64,000 nt of DNA from assembly GCA_942492905.1 (NCBI GenBank), contig OW818657.1, forward strand, positions 6,157,511 to 6,221,510, read 5' to 3'. A program made the translations under genes and the position numbers. The notes beneath the pieces were generated by a model, which ran no database searches, was not told where the DNA came from, and worked only from the letters and a program-made list of their open reading frames with translations. The DNA is from an uncultured Verrucomicrobiota bacterium (GTDB lineage Bacteria > Verrucomicrobiota > Verrucomicrobiia > Verrucomicrobiales > V1-33). Positions 42,980-54,900 of the stretch are shown piece after piece (position 1 is the stretch's first letter; each line of letters opens with the position of its first letter).

Positions 42980-44380
42980 TCATTCCACGGCCTTCACCAC
43001 CCCGCGCACCCTGCCTTTGCCCAACTGGGTGGTGAATTCCTCGCCTGGTTTCAGTTCCCGCGCCTCCCGCACCACTTTTCCTGACGCATTAAGCGTATAG
43101 GAAAATCCCCGGGCCAGCACGGCCTCCGGCCCCAAAGCCTGGAGTTGCCGCCGGTTCTGGTCCACCTGATTCCGCCGCGCCGTCAGCGCCGCCAGCACGC
43201 GCGATTCCAACCGCTCGCGCCGCAAGGCCAGTTCCGCCCGCCGCTCCTGCATCACCCGGTCCGGCCGCGCCCGCTCCAGTTGATGGGCGAGGGTCAGCAA
43301 CCGCTGCCGCTGCGTCCTCATTTCATCCGCCACCGCCGTCTGCAGTTCTTCCGCCAGATCGTCCACCCGTTGCCGCCACGGCAGCAACACCCGCTCGCCA
43401 TCGCGGCTCAACGCCCCGCGCGACATCAGATCCAGTTCGCGCCGCCATGACATCAGGAGCGATTCCACCCGGCGCTGCATCCGACTGCCCTGGCGCTCCA
43501 GCATGGCCCTCAACTCTGCACCATCGGGTGCCAGCAACTCCGCCGCCGCACTGGGAGTGGGTGCCCGCAGATCGGCGATGAAATCGGCGATCGTGAAGTC
43601 GATTTCGTGCCCAATGGCAGAGATCAGCGGCAGGGGACAATCCGCCATCGCCCGCGCCACCACTTCCTCATTGAACGCCCACAAATCCTCCAAACTGCCG
43701 CCACCGCGGGCGACCACCACCGTATCAATGCGTGGCAACTCGGCCGGCTCCGTGCTCAAAAACCGCAGGGCTTCCGCGATCTCTTCGGCGGCCCCGGCTC
43801 CCTGCACCCTGACCGGATAAACCAGCACCCGAAGCCACGGTGCACGCCGCCGCAGGATGTTCAGCATGTCCTGCAGCGCTGCTCCGGTAGGCGAAGTCAC
43901 GATCGCTATCGTCAGGGGAAAGCGTGGGATGGGCTGTTTCCGGTCCTGCTCAAAAAGCCCCTCCTCCAGCAGGCGCCGTTTCAGAGCCTCGAATCTCGCC
44001 TGCAAGGTCCCCACGCCCGCCGGCCGCACCTGCCGGACAATCATCTGATATTGCCCCCGCGCCTCATACACCGACACCTCTCCGAAAACCTGCACCGCCA
44101 GCCCATCCCCCAGCCGGGCTCCGACACCCGCGGCATTGCCTTTGAAAAGCACACAAGCCAATTGCGCGCCCCCATCCTTCAAGGTGAAATAATGATGCCC
44201 GCTGGACTGCTTCCGGTGATTGCTGACCTCTCCCTCCACCCACACCGCCCCGATCCCATCCTCCAGCAAACTCCGGATGCGCCGCGTCAGTTGGGTCACA
44301 CTTTCCACCTGTTCCGCGTCCTTCTCCTTGTCCTCACGGGACTTCCGGCGCGAAGCAGGGGTGAAATCGAAGAGGTCCAT
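42980..44380 (-). CDS. xseA: Exodeoxyribonuclease VII large subunit
   Basis: VWVEGEVSN, GHHYFTLKD, TSPTGAALQD, ARGGGSLEDLWAFNEE, IGHEIDFTIAD, APTPSAAAE. Confidence 0.97.
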   Translation of the reverse strand: MDLFDFTPASRRKSREDKEKDAEQVESVTQLTRRIRSLLEDGIGAVWVEGEVSNHRKQSSGHHYFTLKDGGAQLACVLFKGNAAGVGARLGDGLAVQVFGEVSVYEARGQYQMIVRQVRPAGVGTLQARFEALKRRLLEEGLFEQDRKQPIPRFPLTIAIVTSPTGAALQDMLNILRRRAPWLRVLVYPVRVQGAGAAEEIAEALRFLSTEPAELPRIDTVVVARGGGSLEDLWAFNEEVVARAMADCPLPLISAIGHEIDFTIADFIADLRAPTPSAAAELLAPDGAELRAMLERQGSRMQRRVESLLMSWRRELDLMSRGALSRDGERVLLPWRQRVDDLAEELQTAVADEMRTQRQRLLTLAHQLERARPDRVMQERRAELALRRERLESRVLAALTARRNQVDQNRRQLQALGPEAVLARGFSYTLNASGKVVREARELKPGEEFTTQLGKGRVRGVVKAVE

Positions 44381-44525
44381 GGGTCAGGGAAGATGGGGCA
44401 ACCTCCAGCTCATGCACCAGGGAGCGGTCCGGCGCAACGGTCGTGGAGCACCCGCCGCAAAAGTAACCTGCGCAGTCGTAGAATCCATGCCATCCGTGGC
44501 CTGCGGGTCCCTCTCTCCCGTCCTC

Positions 44526-45848
44526 ATGGCCGCCCCCCTCACACCTCCCACCTGCCCGACCCTGCGCCAAGCCGTGCGCTATTGGTTCCGGCTTGGTTGC
44601 ATCAGCTTTGGCGGGCCTGCCGGGCAAATCGCCATCATGCACCGCGAATTGGTGGAGCAGCGCCGGTGGATCTCCAACCGGCACTTTCTTGAAGCGCTCA
44701 ATTTCTGCATGCTGCTCCCCGGCCCGGAAGCCCAGCAACTGGCCACCTACCTCGGCTGGCGGCTGCACGGCTGGCGCGGGGGCGTGGCGGCGGGCGCGCT
44801 GTTTGTCCTGCCATCGGTGTTCATCCTCTTCGCCTTGAGCTGGCTCTTTATGGCCGGTGGACACTTGCCGTGGCTGACCGGACTCTTTTATGGCCTGACC
44901 GCGGCGGTGATCGCCATCGTCGCCGAGGCCGTCCTGCGGATTGGCAAAAAGGCCCTGCGCAGTCCGTCGCTGTGGACCTTGGCAGGCCTGTCTTTCATCG
45001 CGATCTATTTTTTCAACGTCTCCTTTGTTCTTATCCTGTTGGGCGCGGCCCTGACTGGATGGCTGGGCCATCGGCGTTTCCCCCGGCAGTTCCCGGCCAG
45101 CGGCGGCCATGGCAGCAGCGCCTCCGCCTCCTCTGATGAAGCCCTGACGCTTCCCCTGCCCCCGGCTCCCGCTGCCAGCTGGCGGCGCAGCGCCACCATC
45201 CTGACGGTGTGTCTCAGCCTCTGGTGGCTCCCCATTTTTGCCGTCGGACTCTGGTTGGGCTGGCAGAGCACCGCCTTCCACCAGGGGGTCTTTTTCAGCA
45301 AGGCTGCCATGGTGACTTTTGGCGGTGCCTACGCCGTGCTGCCCTACGTGGCGCAACAGGCGGTCGACCACTATCAATGGCTCAGTCATGCCCAGATGAT
45401 GAGCGGTCTGGCCCTCGCCGAAACCACCCCAGGACCGCTGATCATGGTCCTGCAATTTGTGGGCTTCGCCGGGGGCTGGCAACATCCCGGAACTCTGACT
45501 CCGCTCGCAGGGGCCACCCTCGGTGCCCTCATCACCACCTGGGCCACCTTCCTGCCCTGTTTCCTCTGGGTCTTTCTGGGAGCCCCGCATGTCGGCACCC
45601 TCCACCAACGTCCCGCCCTCAGCGCTGCCCTCACTGCCATCACTGCTGCCGTGGTTGGCGTGATCCTGAATCTCGGCGTCACCTTCGGCCTGCACGCGCT
45701 GCGTCCCGTGCCCGGAGAGCCCATCGATTGGTTCATCGCCAGCCTGGCCGTCGCGGCCTTCCTCGCCCTGCAACGATTCAAACTCCCGCTGCTGCCCGTC
45801 ATGGCCTGCTGCGCTGCCGCCGGCATGGCCTGGCACCTGGCATTCTGA
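44526..45848 (+). CDS. chrA: Chromate efflux transporter ChrA, chromosomal paralog
   Basis: Same motifs as the island copy; no adjacent chrB. Confidence 0.93.
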   Translation: MAAPLTPPTCPTLRQAVRYWFRLGCISFGGPAGQIAIMHRELVEQRRWISNRHFLEALNFCMLLPGPEAQQLATYLGWRLHGWRGGVAAGALFVLPSVFILFALSWLFMAGGHLPWLTGLFYGLTAAVIAIVAEAVLRIGKKALRSPSLWTLAGLSFIAIYFFNVSFVLILLGAALTGWLGHRRFPRQFPASGGHGSSASASSDEALTLPLPPAPAASWRRSATILTVCLSLWWLPIFAVGLWLGWQSTAFHQGVFFSKAAMVTFGGAYAVLPYVAQQAVDHYQWLSHAQMMSGLALAETTPGPLIMVLQFVGFAGGWQHPGTLTPLAGATLGALITTWATFLPCFLWVFLGAPHVGTLHQRPALSAALTAITAAVVGVILNLGVTFGLHALRPVPGEPIDWFIASLAVAAFLALQRFKLPLLPVMACCAAAGMAWHLAF

Positions 45849-45887
45849 CCCTGGACTTCACCCCGGGATGGCCACGGAATCCTGCGG

Positions 45888-46967
45888 TTATTTTTTCTTC
45901 AAATCACTTAGCAGAATCTTCTGCGAAATCGCCACCGCTCCAGTCAGAGTGCGGGTCTCCATCGTCACCGCAGGAGCCGGGGCGTTCCAGTCGATCTGAA
46001 GCAGACCGAAGTTAGGCTCGGCATAGGAGATGGGGCTCACCCGATGTGGATTGACCGCGGCCGCCCATCCCGGATGGCTGTTGGTGAGGCCACTGGAGGT
46101 GAAGTCATACAGGGGATATGGTCCCTCCCGGGTCTGAGAGATTTCGGAGAAATGCACATCCCCTGAGATGAATATCACCCCATTGGCCCCGGTGCGTCCG
46201 ATCAGATCGTAGAGCCGCTTCCGCTCCAGCGGAAAATTGCCCCAGGATTCCATGCCCTTTTCGCTGGCGATGACCTGGGTGCTGGAACCGATGATCCTCA
46301 AATCCGCCGGCAACCGGAGCTGGGCTTCCAACCAGGCCCATTGATCCGCGCCCAGCACCGTGGCGTCCGTGTCCTGGTTGGGCACATACCAGCCGACCAG
46401 ATTGAGCCGGGCCTTCTCCTCTGCCGACCGCGTATCCTTGGAAGCCCGGCTGCGGAAGTAGCGGAGATCCAGCAGGATGATCTGCACTCGTTTCCCTTCC
46501 GGCCCAAACCGCCAGGATTCATAAACCCCGGGCCGCTTCCGCCGGGGGGAATCGAGCGGGACCCCGTAAAAATCCAACATGATCTGCTGCGACTCCACCT
46601 TCCGCGAATACCCCGCCCCGCCATCGTTCACCCCATAGTCGTGATCATCCCAGGTCGCCAGCACCGGGCAGGTTTTCCGCAGGGCACCGTATCCCGGCTT
46701 GGCTCCCAGTTCGGTATACTTGGCCTTCATTACCTCCATGTCGGTGGTGTCCCCGTAAATGTTATCCCCGATGGCTAGGAACAGTTCCGGCTTCACCTTG
46801 ACGACCTCATCCCAGATGGGCTGCGGTTTATTCTGCGAGGCACACGACCCAAAAGCGATCCGCTCCAGCACCTGCGGCGAAATTTCCTCCGCGGAAACCC
46901 CTGCCAACAGCCCCCACCCCAAAACACTGATACCCACCCATACAGGAATCCGGAAAAAATCGGTCAT
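45888..46967 (-). CDS. phoD: Alkaline phosphatase D family protein
   Basis: FGSC, GDNIYGD, TWDDHDYG, LDLRYFR, SGDVH. Confidence 0.9.
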   Translation of the reverse strand: MTDFFRIPVWVGISVLGWGLLAGVSAEEISPQVLERIAFGSCASQNKPQPIWDEVVKVKPELFLAIGDNIYGDTTDMEVMKAKYTELGAKPGYGALRKTCPVLATWDDHDYGVNDGGAGYSRKVESQQIMLDFYGVPLDSPRRKRPGVYESWRFGPEGKRVQIILLDLRYFRSRASKDTRSAEEKARLNLVGWYVPNQDTDATVLGADQWAWLEAQLRLPADLRIIGSSTQVIASEKGMESWGNFPLERKRLYDLIGRTGANGVIFISGDVHFSEISQTREGPYPLYDFTSSGLTNSHPGWAAAVNPHRVSPISYAEPNFGLLQIDWNAPAPAVTMETRTLTGAVAISQKILLSDLKKK

Positions 46968-47086
46968 AACGTTAAAAGGAAAATGATTTCAGCCGGCGCA
47001 CACCAGCCGATGAAAAGACGGCACCCGCTACCTCCCCTTATCGACTATTCTGAAAGGGGACCCCGGGCCCGCTCCATCGGCGGCCT

Positions 47087-47533
47087 TCAGCCCACGGTCA
47101 CTTCGTGATAGTCCAAGGCCCATTCCTTCATGTAGCGCACCCGTTGCGGATCAATGCGGTAGATGATGAGCGCCGGATTGTCTGCCGTGCCGAGGTAGCG
47201 CCGGAGCAGAGGATTGGCCTGCCAGATTCCCCCGATGACGTCAGGATCGGTCACGATTTCCGCCCTGCCGGTGATCCGCACCTGATCGTGATCCGCGTTC
47301 AGATAACAAAGTTCCACCCTGGGATTGGCCGCAATCTCGGCAGTCTTGCCGTAGGTGCGCAGGTTGGCGATGTAGACCGTGAATCCCTCGACTTTGACCG
47401 GTGAAACGGGACGGAGCCGCGGCTGTTCCCCATCCATGGTCGCCAGCATGGGGAACCTGGCCTCTGCCATCACCTGGCGGGCCAGCGCCGGAAGTTCCTC
47501 CGGTTGGGGGGTGGTCGGGACAGGCGGAATCAT
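47087..47533 (-). CDS. Pyridoxamine 5'-phosphate oxidase-like (split-barrel FMN-binding) protein
   Basis: LATMDGEQPRLRPV, KTAEIAANPRVELCY, QVRITGRA. Confidence 0.85.
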   Translation of the reverse strand: MIPPVPTTPQPEELPALARQVMAEARFPMLATMDGEQPRLRPVSPVKVEGFTVYIANLRTYGKTAEIAANPRVELCYLNADHDQVRITGRAEIVTDPDVIGGIWQANPLLRRYLGTADNPALIIYRIDPQRVRYMKEWALDYHEVTVG

Positions 47534-47703
47534 AATCCGCGTAATCTACCGGAAGCCGGACGGATTGCCAAGGCCCCCCTGCGCCATCCTCAGCGAACCG
47601 TCCCAACCAAAGCCCGGAGGCCAGAAGAACTCACCCGCTTTCCCCAGACAGTCTGATCCGGGGATTGACACCCGAAGCGGAAAAATGGCATTATTAAACC
47701 TGC

Positions 47704-48204
47704 ATGAGCAGCTTCCGCGTCCGACCCCGTTTCCGGCAGATCGTGGATCTGGACGCCGACGCCGTCCAGACCCGTCTCGCCAGCCATCTCACCCGGGAAG
47801 GCAGCCGCTGCACGGTGAAAAATTTTCCGGGCTACCTCAGCCTGCGCATTCCCGAGCAGGACGCGCACTTCTGGTCGCCGCAACTCAACCTCAGCCTGGA
47901 TGCGACCGATGACGGAAAGACGCTCATCAACGGAACCTACGGGCCGAACCCGAACGTGTGGTCGCTCTTCCTCTACGGCTACCTCCTGGTTGGCACCCTG
48001 GGTATGTTGGCCGCCATTTTGGGGTTTTCCCAATGGCTGATCGACCTGAATCCGTGGGGCTGGTGGATTTTCGGGGTCATGGCGGCGGGCGCGATCATCC
48101 TTTATCTGGTGGCGCAGTTTGGCCAGAAACTGGGGGCGTGGCAGACGTTTCTGCTGCACCAGGCCTATGAGTCAGCCATCGGTCAGTCTGTCGAGATTCA
48201 TTGA
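47704..48204 (+). CDS. Hypothetical membrane protein (two C-terminal TMs)
   Basis: HFWSPQL, GPNPNVWSLF followed by hydrophobic helices. Confidence 0.75.
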   Translation: MSSFRVRPRFRQIVDLDADAVQTRLASHLTREGSRCTVKNFPGYLSLRIPEQDAHFWSPQLNLSLDATDDGKTLINGTYGPNPNVWSLFLYGYLLVGTLGMLAAILGFSQWLIDLNPWGWWIFGVMAAGAIILYLVAQFGQKLGAWQTFLLHQAYESAIGQSVEIH

Positions 48205-48227
48205 GCCTATTTTATAGGCTTCGTTCT

Positions 48228-48704
48228 TCAGACCGCCTGGATTTTGCGCAAGATCCCTTCGCAGCCGTTTTCCACCAGATCGAGCACCGTTTCAAATCCA
48301 TCCTCTCCGCCGTAATAGGGGTCGGGGACTTCGACTTCAGCACGGTCCGTGACAAAATCGCAGAAGAGCTGTACCCGGAGCAGGTCATCCTCCCTCCGCA
48401 CAAATTCCCGCAGGTCCAGCCGGTTTTGCCGGTCCATCACCAGAATCAGGTCGAATTCCTCAAAATCCTCCGCCCGCACCTGCCGCGCCCGGCTGGTCAG
48501 GGCATAACCGCGCCGCGCCGCATGTTGCCGCATCCGGGCGTCTGGCAAATGGCCGCAATGCCAATCTCCGGTGCCCGCCGAGTCCACCTCCACCCGATCC
48601 TGCAGTCCTTCGCGTTCCACCAGACCTCGCATCACGCCCTCGGCCGCCGGGGAACGGCAGATGTTGCCCAGACAGACAAACAGCACTTTGAATTTTTTCG
48701 ACAT
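48228..48704 (-). CDS. Low-molecular-weight protein-tyrosine phosphatase
   Basis: VLFVCLGNICRS, DSAGT, DPYYGG; start ATG 48704. Confidence 0.93.
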   Translation of the reverse strand: MSKKFKVLFVCLGNICRSPAAEGVMRGLVEREGLQDRVEVDSAGTGDWHCGHLPDARMRQHAARRGYALTSRARQVRAEDFEEFDLILVMDRQNRLDLREFVRREDDLLRVQLFCDFVTDRAEVEVPDPYYGGEDGFETVLDLVENGCEGILRKIQAV

Positions 48705-48973
48705 GGGGGAAACCACTGAGACCCATCCTGGCGTGGCAACCGGCCATGGCAACAGCTGCTGCTTCCTCAAAAAATCCTGAAAAGCGGTCAGTTGGGGAGG
48801 CGCCCGCAGGCAAGTCACCTGGCGGGCAAGCAGGAAATCCCGGATGGAGCCCGTGGGCGTATTTCCGTGACAATCCCCACCTAGAATTATACCTATTATG
48901 GCGGTGGCACACCGATCCTTCATGATGTTTGGACAGATCGGAATTTTTTCATGCTCACCAGCTTCCCCTCCAA

Positions 48974-51900
48974 ATGAAATTGCGCACCAAACTTACGCTG
49001 ACTTTAGGCACAGCGTTGATCGGAACTTTTTGCTATTATTATGGTCCGCCCGCTGCGTCGACCGGACCTGCGAGGGGCGACTCCCAGGTGGCACTTGGTC
49101 GGGCATCGACTTCCCTGAGGCAGGAGCAGGCGCAGGCGCAATCCGCGCTTTCCCCCGCCAGCCCACCTGCCAAGACTGACTGGCCGTCGGCCCCGGAAAC
49201 CACCAAGGCTCCGGATATGCATAAAGTGGTGGCCTTTGACGGATGGCTGGAAAAATACGTGACTGCCACTCCGGAGGAACGGGCCGCGTTGGAGCAGGAA
49301 GGCATCGCGCTGGCCCAGACCCGCCGGCCGGAATTCAAAAAACTGATTGTCACCAATCCCCAGCGCGCCCTCGCGATGACGGTGCCGCGCGTGATCCGCC
49401 AGGATCTCCCGCAGGCGGTGGTTGCCCAGTTGGAAAAACCAGTGAGCGCCCGGGGCGATTTCAAAGCCTACTTCGGCCGGCCCATGGATGCCGCCGCCTT
49501 TCCGCCGGATGAGGAACTGGTGCTGCGTTATTTTGAAACCCCGGAAGGCGCGAGCTACAAAGCCCGGGTCTTTGGCTCGCTGCTGGAACAGACCTCCCGC
49601 AAGGACGTGGCCCTGCGCGGGGTCGCCATCGACCGGGAATTGGCCGTCGCCGAAAGCCCGGTGCGGGAGCTGGAAAAGGGCGAACGCATTCCCGCCGGAA
49701 CCGCGGTGGAGGAGACCTGCCCCGTTTCCAATATCACTACGCCCACCAGCACCGAGGCGGTCGTGACGGTGGACGACGAGGCCCCTTTTGTGGAAGTGGG
49801 CGGGCGCCTGATTCTGCTATGCGATGGCTCCCACGTCCGCATCTTCGAGGAAGCCCAGCGCATGGCCAGCGGAGGCCCGGGAGTGGCAGGTTACTTCAAG
49901 GACACCTTTCCCGGCACTTCTTCGGAGGCGATCGGAAACTTCCGCTGCCTCTACATCCGGGTGACCTATCCTGACCAGATGCGTGCGCCGAACACCGAGG
50001 CTTCCGCCCAGGGCGATATGCGCAACGTGTCGCGCTACTATCTGGAAAGCTCCTTCGGCCGGATGACCACCACCACGGCGGTGACTCCTCTCATCGTGAT
50101 GCCGCACACCAAGGCATGGTATATCGCCAAGGATTCGGAAGTGGATGGACTCGGCCTGGTGCATAGCGATGCCCGCTCGGAGGCGCGCAAGCTGGGTTAT
50201 GACTCAGGGCAATATAACTGCACCGTGGTCCGCGTGAATGAAGGCCCGCGGCTCAGCGGCATTTCCTGGGGCGGCGGCGACAGCGTGTGGGTTTCCTGGG
50301 ACGGGATGGATGTGCTCAACCACGAATGCGGCCACTCCCTCGGCCGCAATCACGCCAACTTCTGGCAAACCTCCGACGGTTCCGCGATTGGCGTGGGCGC
50401 CAATCAGGAGTATGGCAACAGCGTGGATGTCATGGGCGGCGGCGGGGGCTTCGGTGCGCACTATAATTCCTACAGCAAACGCTCCCTCGGCTGGCTGCCC
50501 GATCCTAACTTGCACCGGCCGGGCACCACTTCCGCCTCCAACGGCATCTACCGTCTTTTCGCCTACGACCAGCCGGTCCTGGAGGAGGGCAAACGTTATG
50601 CGTTGCGCGTGGACAAGGACCCGCAGCGACGCTTTTTCCTGGAATACCATCCCGCCGCAGGAGGCTTGTGGACGGATTCTGTCCTGATGATCATGAGCGG
50701 CCTCGGCAGCAACGCCGGCCACCTCGTGGACACCACCCCGGGCAGCAGCGGCGGCAAGGGAGATGGCGGCATCCGCGTGGGCCGCACGTTCAGCGATTAT
50801 GAGTCGGACCTGCACTTCACCGTGCTGGGCAAACAGGACACCACCCCGCCCTCGATGGATGTGGCCATGATGCGCGGGCCGTTTCCCGGCAACGTGCCAC
50901 CGGTCATCAACAGCCTGAACGCCAGCGCCACCACCGTGGCCGTAGGTGGCAGCCTGACCTTCACCGCCAATGCCACCGATGCCAATGGCGATACGCTCGC
51001 CTATCATTGGGACTTCACCGATGGCGCCATCACCACCAATACGCCCGTCCTCACGCGGAGCTTCCCCACTGCTGATCAGCAGACGGTCCACCTCACGGTT
51101 TCAGATTTGAAGGGCGGCATAGCCCGGCGTCATGAAATCATCACCATCGGCAATCCGGGACGGGCCGTGGTACGCGGCCGGATCACGCTCAATAGCCAGC
51201 CGCTGATGGGGGTGCGCGTGACCAGTGATACCAAGTATTGTTTCACCGACACCAACGGAGACTACGCCATCGCCGATCTCACCGCCGGCTCGCGGACTTT
51301 TGCCGCCACTCTTACCGGTTATACCTTCACGGCGGGATTCGCCAATCCCCTGACCGTCTCCACTGCCGGAGCCACCGGTCAAAACTGGACCGCCACCAGC
51401 GTGCCGGAAGTAACCATCACCACCACCAACGCAGTGGAGGGCGGAACCACGGGCCGTTTTGTCCTGACCCGCACCGGCAGCACCGCCGCCGCCCTCGCCG
51501 TCAGTGTCGCACCTTTTTCCGGCTCGGCCTTGAAGACCACGGACTACACCTTCGCCCCCGCCCAAACCGCCACCGGCACCCTGGATACCTTCACCATCCC
51601 GGCGGGCCAAGCCTCCCTCACTATCGTTGTCACGGCGGTGAATGACTCCACCCAGGAGGGCCCGGAAACCATGCAGCTGCAACTCGCCTCCGGAGCCTAT
51701 CAAGTGCGGAACTCCGGGGTTGCCGTGCTCACCATTGAGGACAACGACACCACCCGCCCGGTCGTCAAAATCGAAACCATCGACCCTTATGCCACCGAGA
51801 CACCAGGAGACACCGGGACCTTCCGCATCAGCCGCACCGGCGATGCTTCGGCGGCCCTGACCGTCACGGCTGCTTTCAGCGGCACGGCCACGCGGGGATC

Positions 51901-54900
51901 GGACTATGCCAACATTTCAACCGTCGTCACCCTCCCGGCGGGCCAGACTTCGGCCCAGATTAGTGTGGTGCCGGTGGATGACGCCGCGATCGAGATCCCG
52001 GAAGATGCCACCATGACCCTCAGCAGCGGCGCGGCTTACATCATGGACCCCACCGCCACGGCCGCCACCTTCAACATCACGGATAACGACCTCGCCACCG
52101 TCACCGTCAGTGTACTGGACGACACCCTGAACGAAGCCGGGCGCGGTACCGGCACGGTCCTGCTCACCCGGACGGGAAATCTGAACCAGCCGTTGAAGGT
52201 TTATTATGGTCTGAGCGGCCGGGCGCTGCATGGCACCGACTACGTCGCCCTGCCAGGTGAAGCCACTTTCGCCGCCGGCATGGAGTCCGTGCCCGTGGTG
52301 ATTACGCCCTACGACGACAGCCATGGGGAAGGCGATGAATCCATCAGCTTCAATCTGACGGTTTTCAATAACACCTACAGCCTGTCATCCAACTATTCAG
52401 CCTCGCTGACCATCAAGGACAACACGGACCCGCCCTTGGTGACGGTGACGGCGAACTCCGCCGGCGAGCCTTCCAGCAATGGCACCTTCACGTTCACCGT
52501 CACCACCACGGCCACCACTCCCATAACCGTAAACTACACCCTGAGCGGCACCGCCACATCCGGCACGGATTACACAGCCCGTCCGGGAAGCGTAACGATC
52601 ACGCCCACCGCCGGGGCGGCCAGTTCCGCCGCGACAGTGAGCCTTCCCGTAATCAACGACTCCCTGGCGGAGAATACTGAAACCGTGATCCTGACGATCA
52701 CCCCGGGGGCAGGTTACCGGGTCTTCAATGATGGCCGGGCGGTCATGCGGCTGAAGGATGATGATTCGGAACCCGTGGCCGTTTCCACCCACAATGCCAC
52801 GCTGGCTGAGCCTGCTTCCGCCAGTTCGTTTTATATCTCGCGCCTCGGAACGGCCGGAGCCCTCAATGTCAGTTTCACCATGACGGGCACCGCCACGAAT
52901 GGCACGGACTACACCCTGCTTTCGGGAATCGCCACGATCCCGGATACGGCAACCGGGGTGGATGTCCGGGTCACTCCCATCAATGACGCTCTCGCAGAAG
53001 GCGTGGAAACCGTCACCCTGACTTTAAACTCCGGCACCGCCTATGGCATCGAAGTGGCCTCGGCCACACTCTATCTGGGCGATGATGACTCTTCCAATAT
53101 GCCTTCCATCGGCTTCCTCAGTGCCACCGGCACCACCACGGAAACGCCGGATGCCACCACCGGTGAATACCGCGATGTGGAGATCACGCTCAGCCCCGCA
53201 GCCACCGTGGCCGTGACCGCGGAATTCATGGGCGGCGGCGGCAGTGCGGCCGGTGATGACATCGACTGGAGTTATGTGGACGACGCCAATGCCCTGATTC
53301 CACGAGGCATCGTGACCTTCCCGGCCGGAAGCCTCTCGCAGACGGTCCGCATCAAGGTCCGGAATGACGGGATCATCGAAGGGGCCGAGACCGCCATCCT
53401 GGAATTGCGGAATGTGAATGGAGCCCGGCTTTCCGGGAGCCGGAACAAGCACACCCTCACCATCAACGATAACAATACTGCCAATCCGGTTCCCCGCGTC
53501 AGCTTCCTTGTTGCCAATACCACCCGGTCGGAAGCTGACGGCACCGAACCCCTCCTCATCGCCGCGCTGGATGCTCCGGCGGCTACGGCCATCACAGTGA
53601 ACTACGCCGTGACCGGCACCGCCACCGCCGGGTCCGATTATTCCCTGGCGAATGCCACCCTGAACTTTGCCGCCGGCGAGGTCTCCAAAAAACTGCCTTT
53701 CCTCATCCTCCCGGACGCCGACACGGAGGCCAAGGAAACGGTCATCGTGACCCTCAGCGCCCCGACCGGCGGCACGCTCGGCACCATCACCACCCACACT
53801 ATCAACATCTCGGATAGCAACGCCCCGATCCTCGCGGTCCAGGTGGCGGCCCCGGAGTTCAGTGAGGACACCGGAACCGGCATTTTCACGGTGTCCCGGG
53901 CCGGAGGTTCCAATGCCCTGCCTGTCACCGCGGACTATTCCCTGTCCGGCACCGCTGTCAGCGGCACGGACTACACGGCCGTCAGCGGCACCATCACCAT
54001 TCCTGCCAACCAGAATGCGGCTTCGGTGCTGATCAGCCCGATCGTGGACACCGCGGAAGAAGCAGATAAAACGATCCTCCTGACGCTCACTCCCAATCCC
54101 GACTACGAAATCAGTCTGAACAACCAGGCGTCTTTGACCATTCTGGACGATGATCTGCCGCCCGTCGTGACGCTCGTTTCCCCTGCCATCCCGGCCATTT
54201 CAATCCCTGCTGGAGTCGGCCTCTTTGCCGAGGTGACTGCTTCGCGGGAAGTGCCCACCGGCACTATCCAGATGCCCGTGGCCTGGACCCAGGTCAGCGG
54301 TCCGGGTACCGCCACCATCGAAGCCCCGGCCAGCCGAAGCACCGGCATCACCTTCCCTCTGCCCGGCACCTACGTCTTCCGTGCCAGTGCCACCCATGGC
54401 ACCGAAACCGGAACGGACATCGCCGTCGCGGTCGGCTCCGCGGTCGCCCCACCCATGCCGTTCAGTCCCATCGCCACCCGTTTTGGAAATACTCCAGCGG
54501 CGGCGGATTTCACCTTCAACCCCACCACCAGCACCTACAACATCACCGCCGGAGGCACCAGCATCCCCAGCACCGGCACGGCTGATCAGTTCCTCTTCCT
54601 GCAGCAGGCCATCACCGGCAACTGCACCGTGGTGGCGCGTATTGTCAGTATCAGCACCGGTGGCACCACCACCTCCGATAACCGCTCAGGCATCATGCTC
54701 CGGGAAAGCCTGACCGACGGTGGCAGTCCCCACGTCTTCCTCGGCATCACCAAAACGCCGTCCACGCGCTTCATCTCCCGTGCCGCCACCGATGCCGCCT
54801 CCCTCAACAGCAGCGGCACCGGTAACTTCCCCTGCTGGGTCCGGCTCCGCCGCAGTGGAAATACCTTCCTGGGAGAAACCGCCCCGGATGTCAGCGGCAA

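Noticed and set aside
48228-48704. Arsenate reductase linked to the metal island
   Set aside because: DPYYGG and lack of the extra ArsC cysteine pair indicate an LMW-PTP; it lies outside the att sites.
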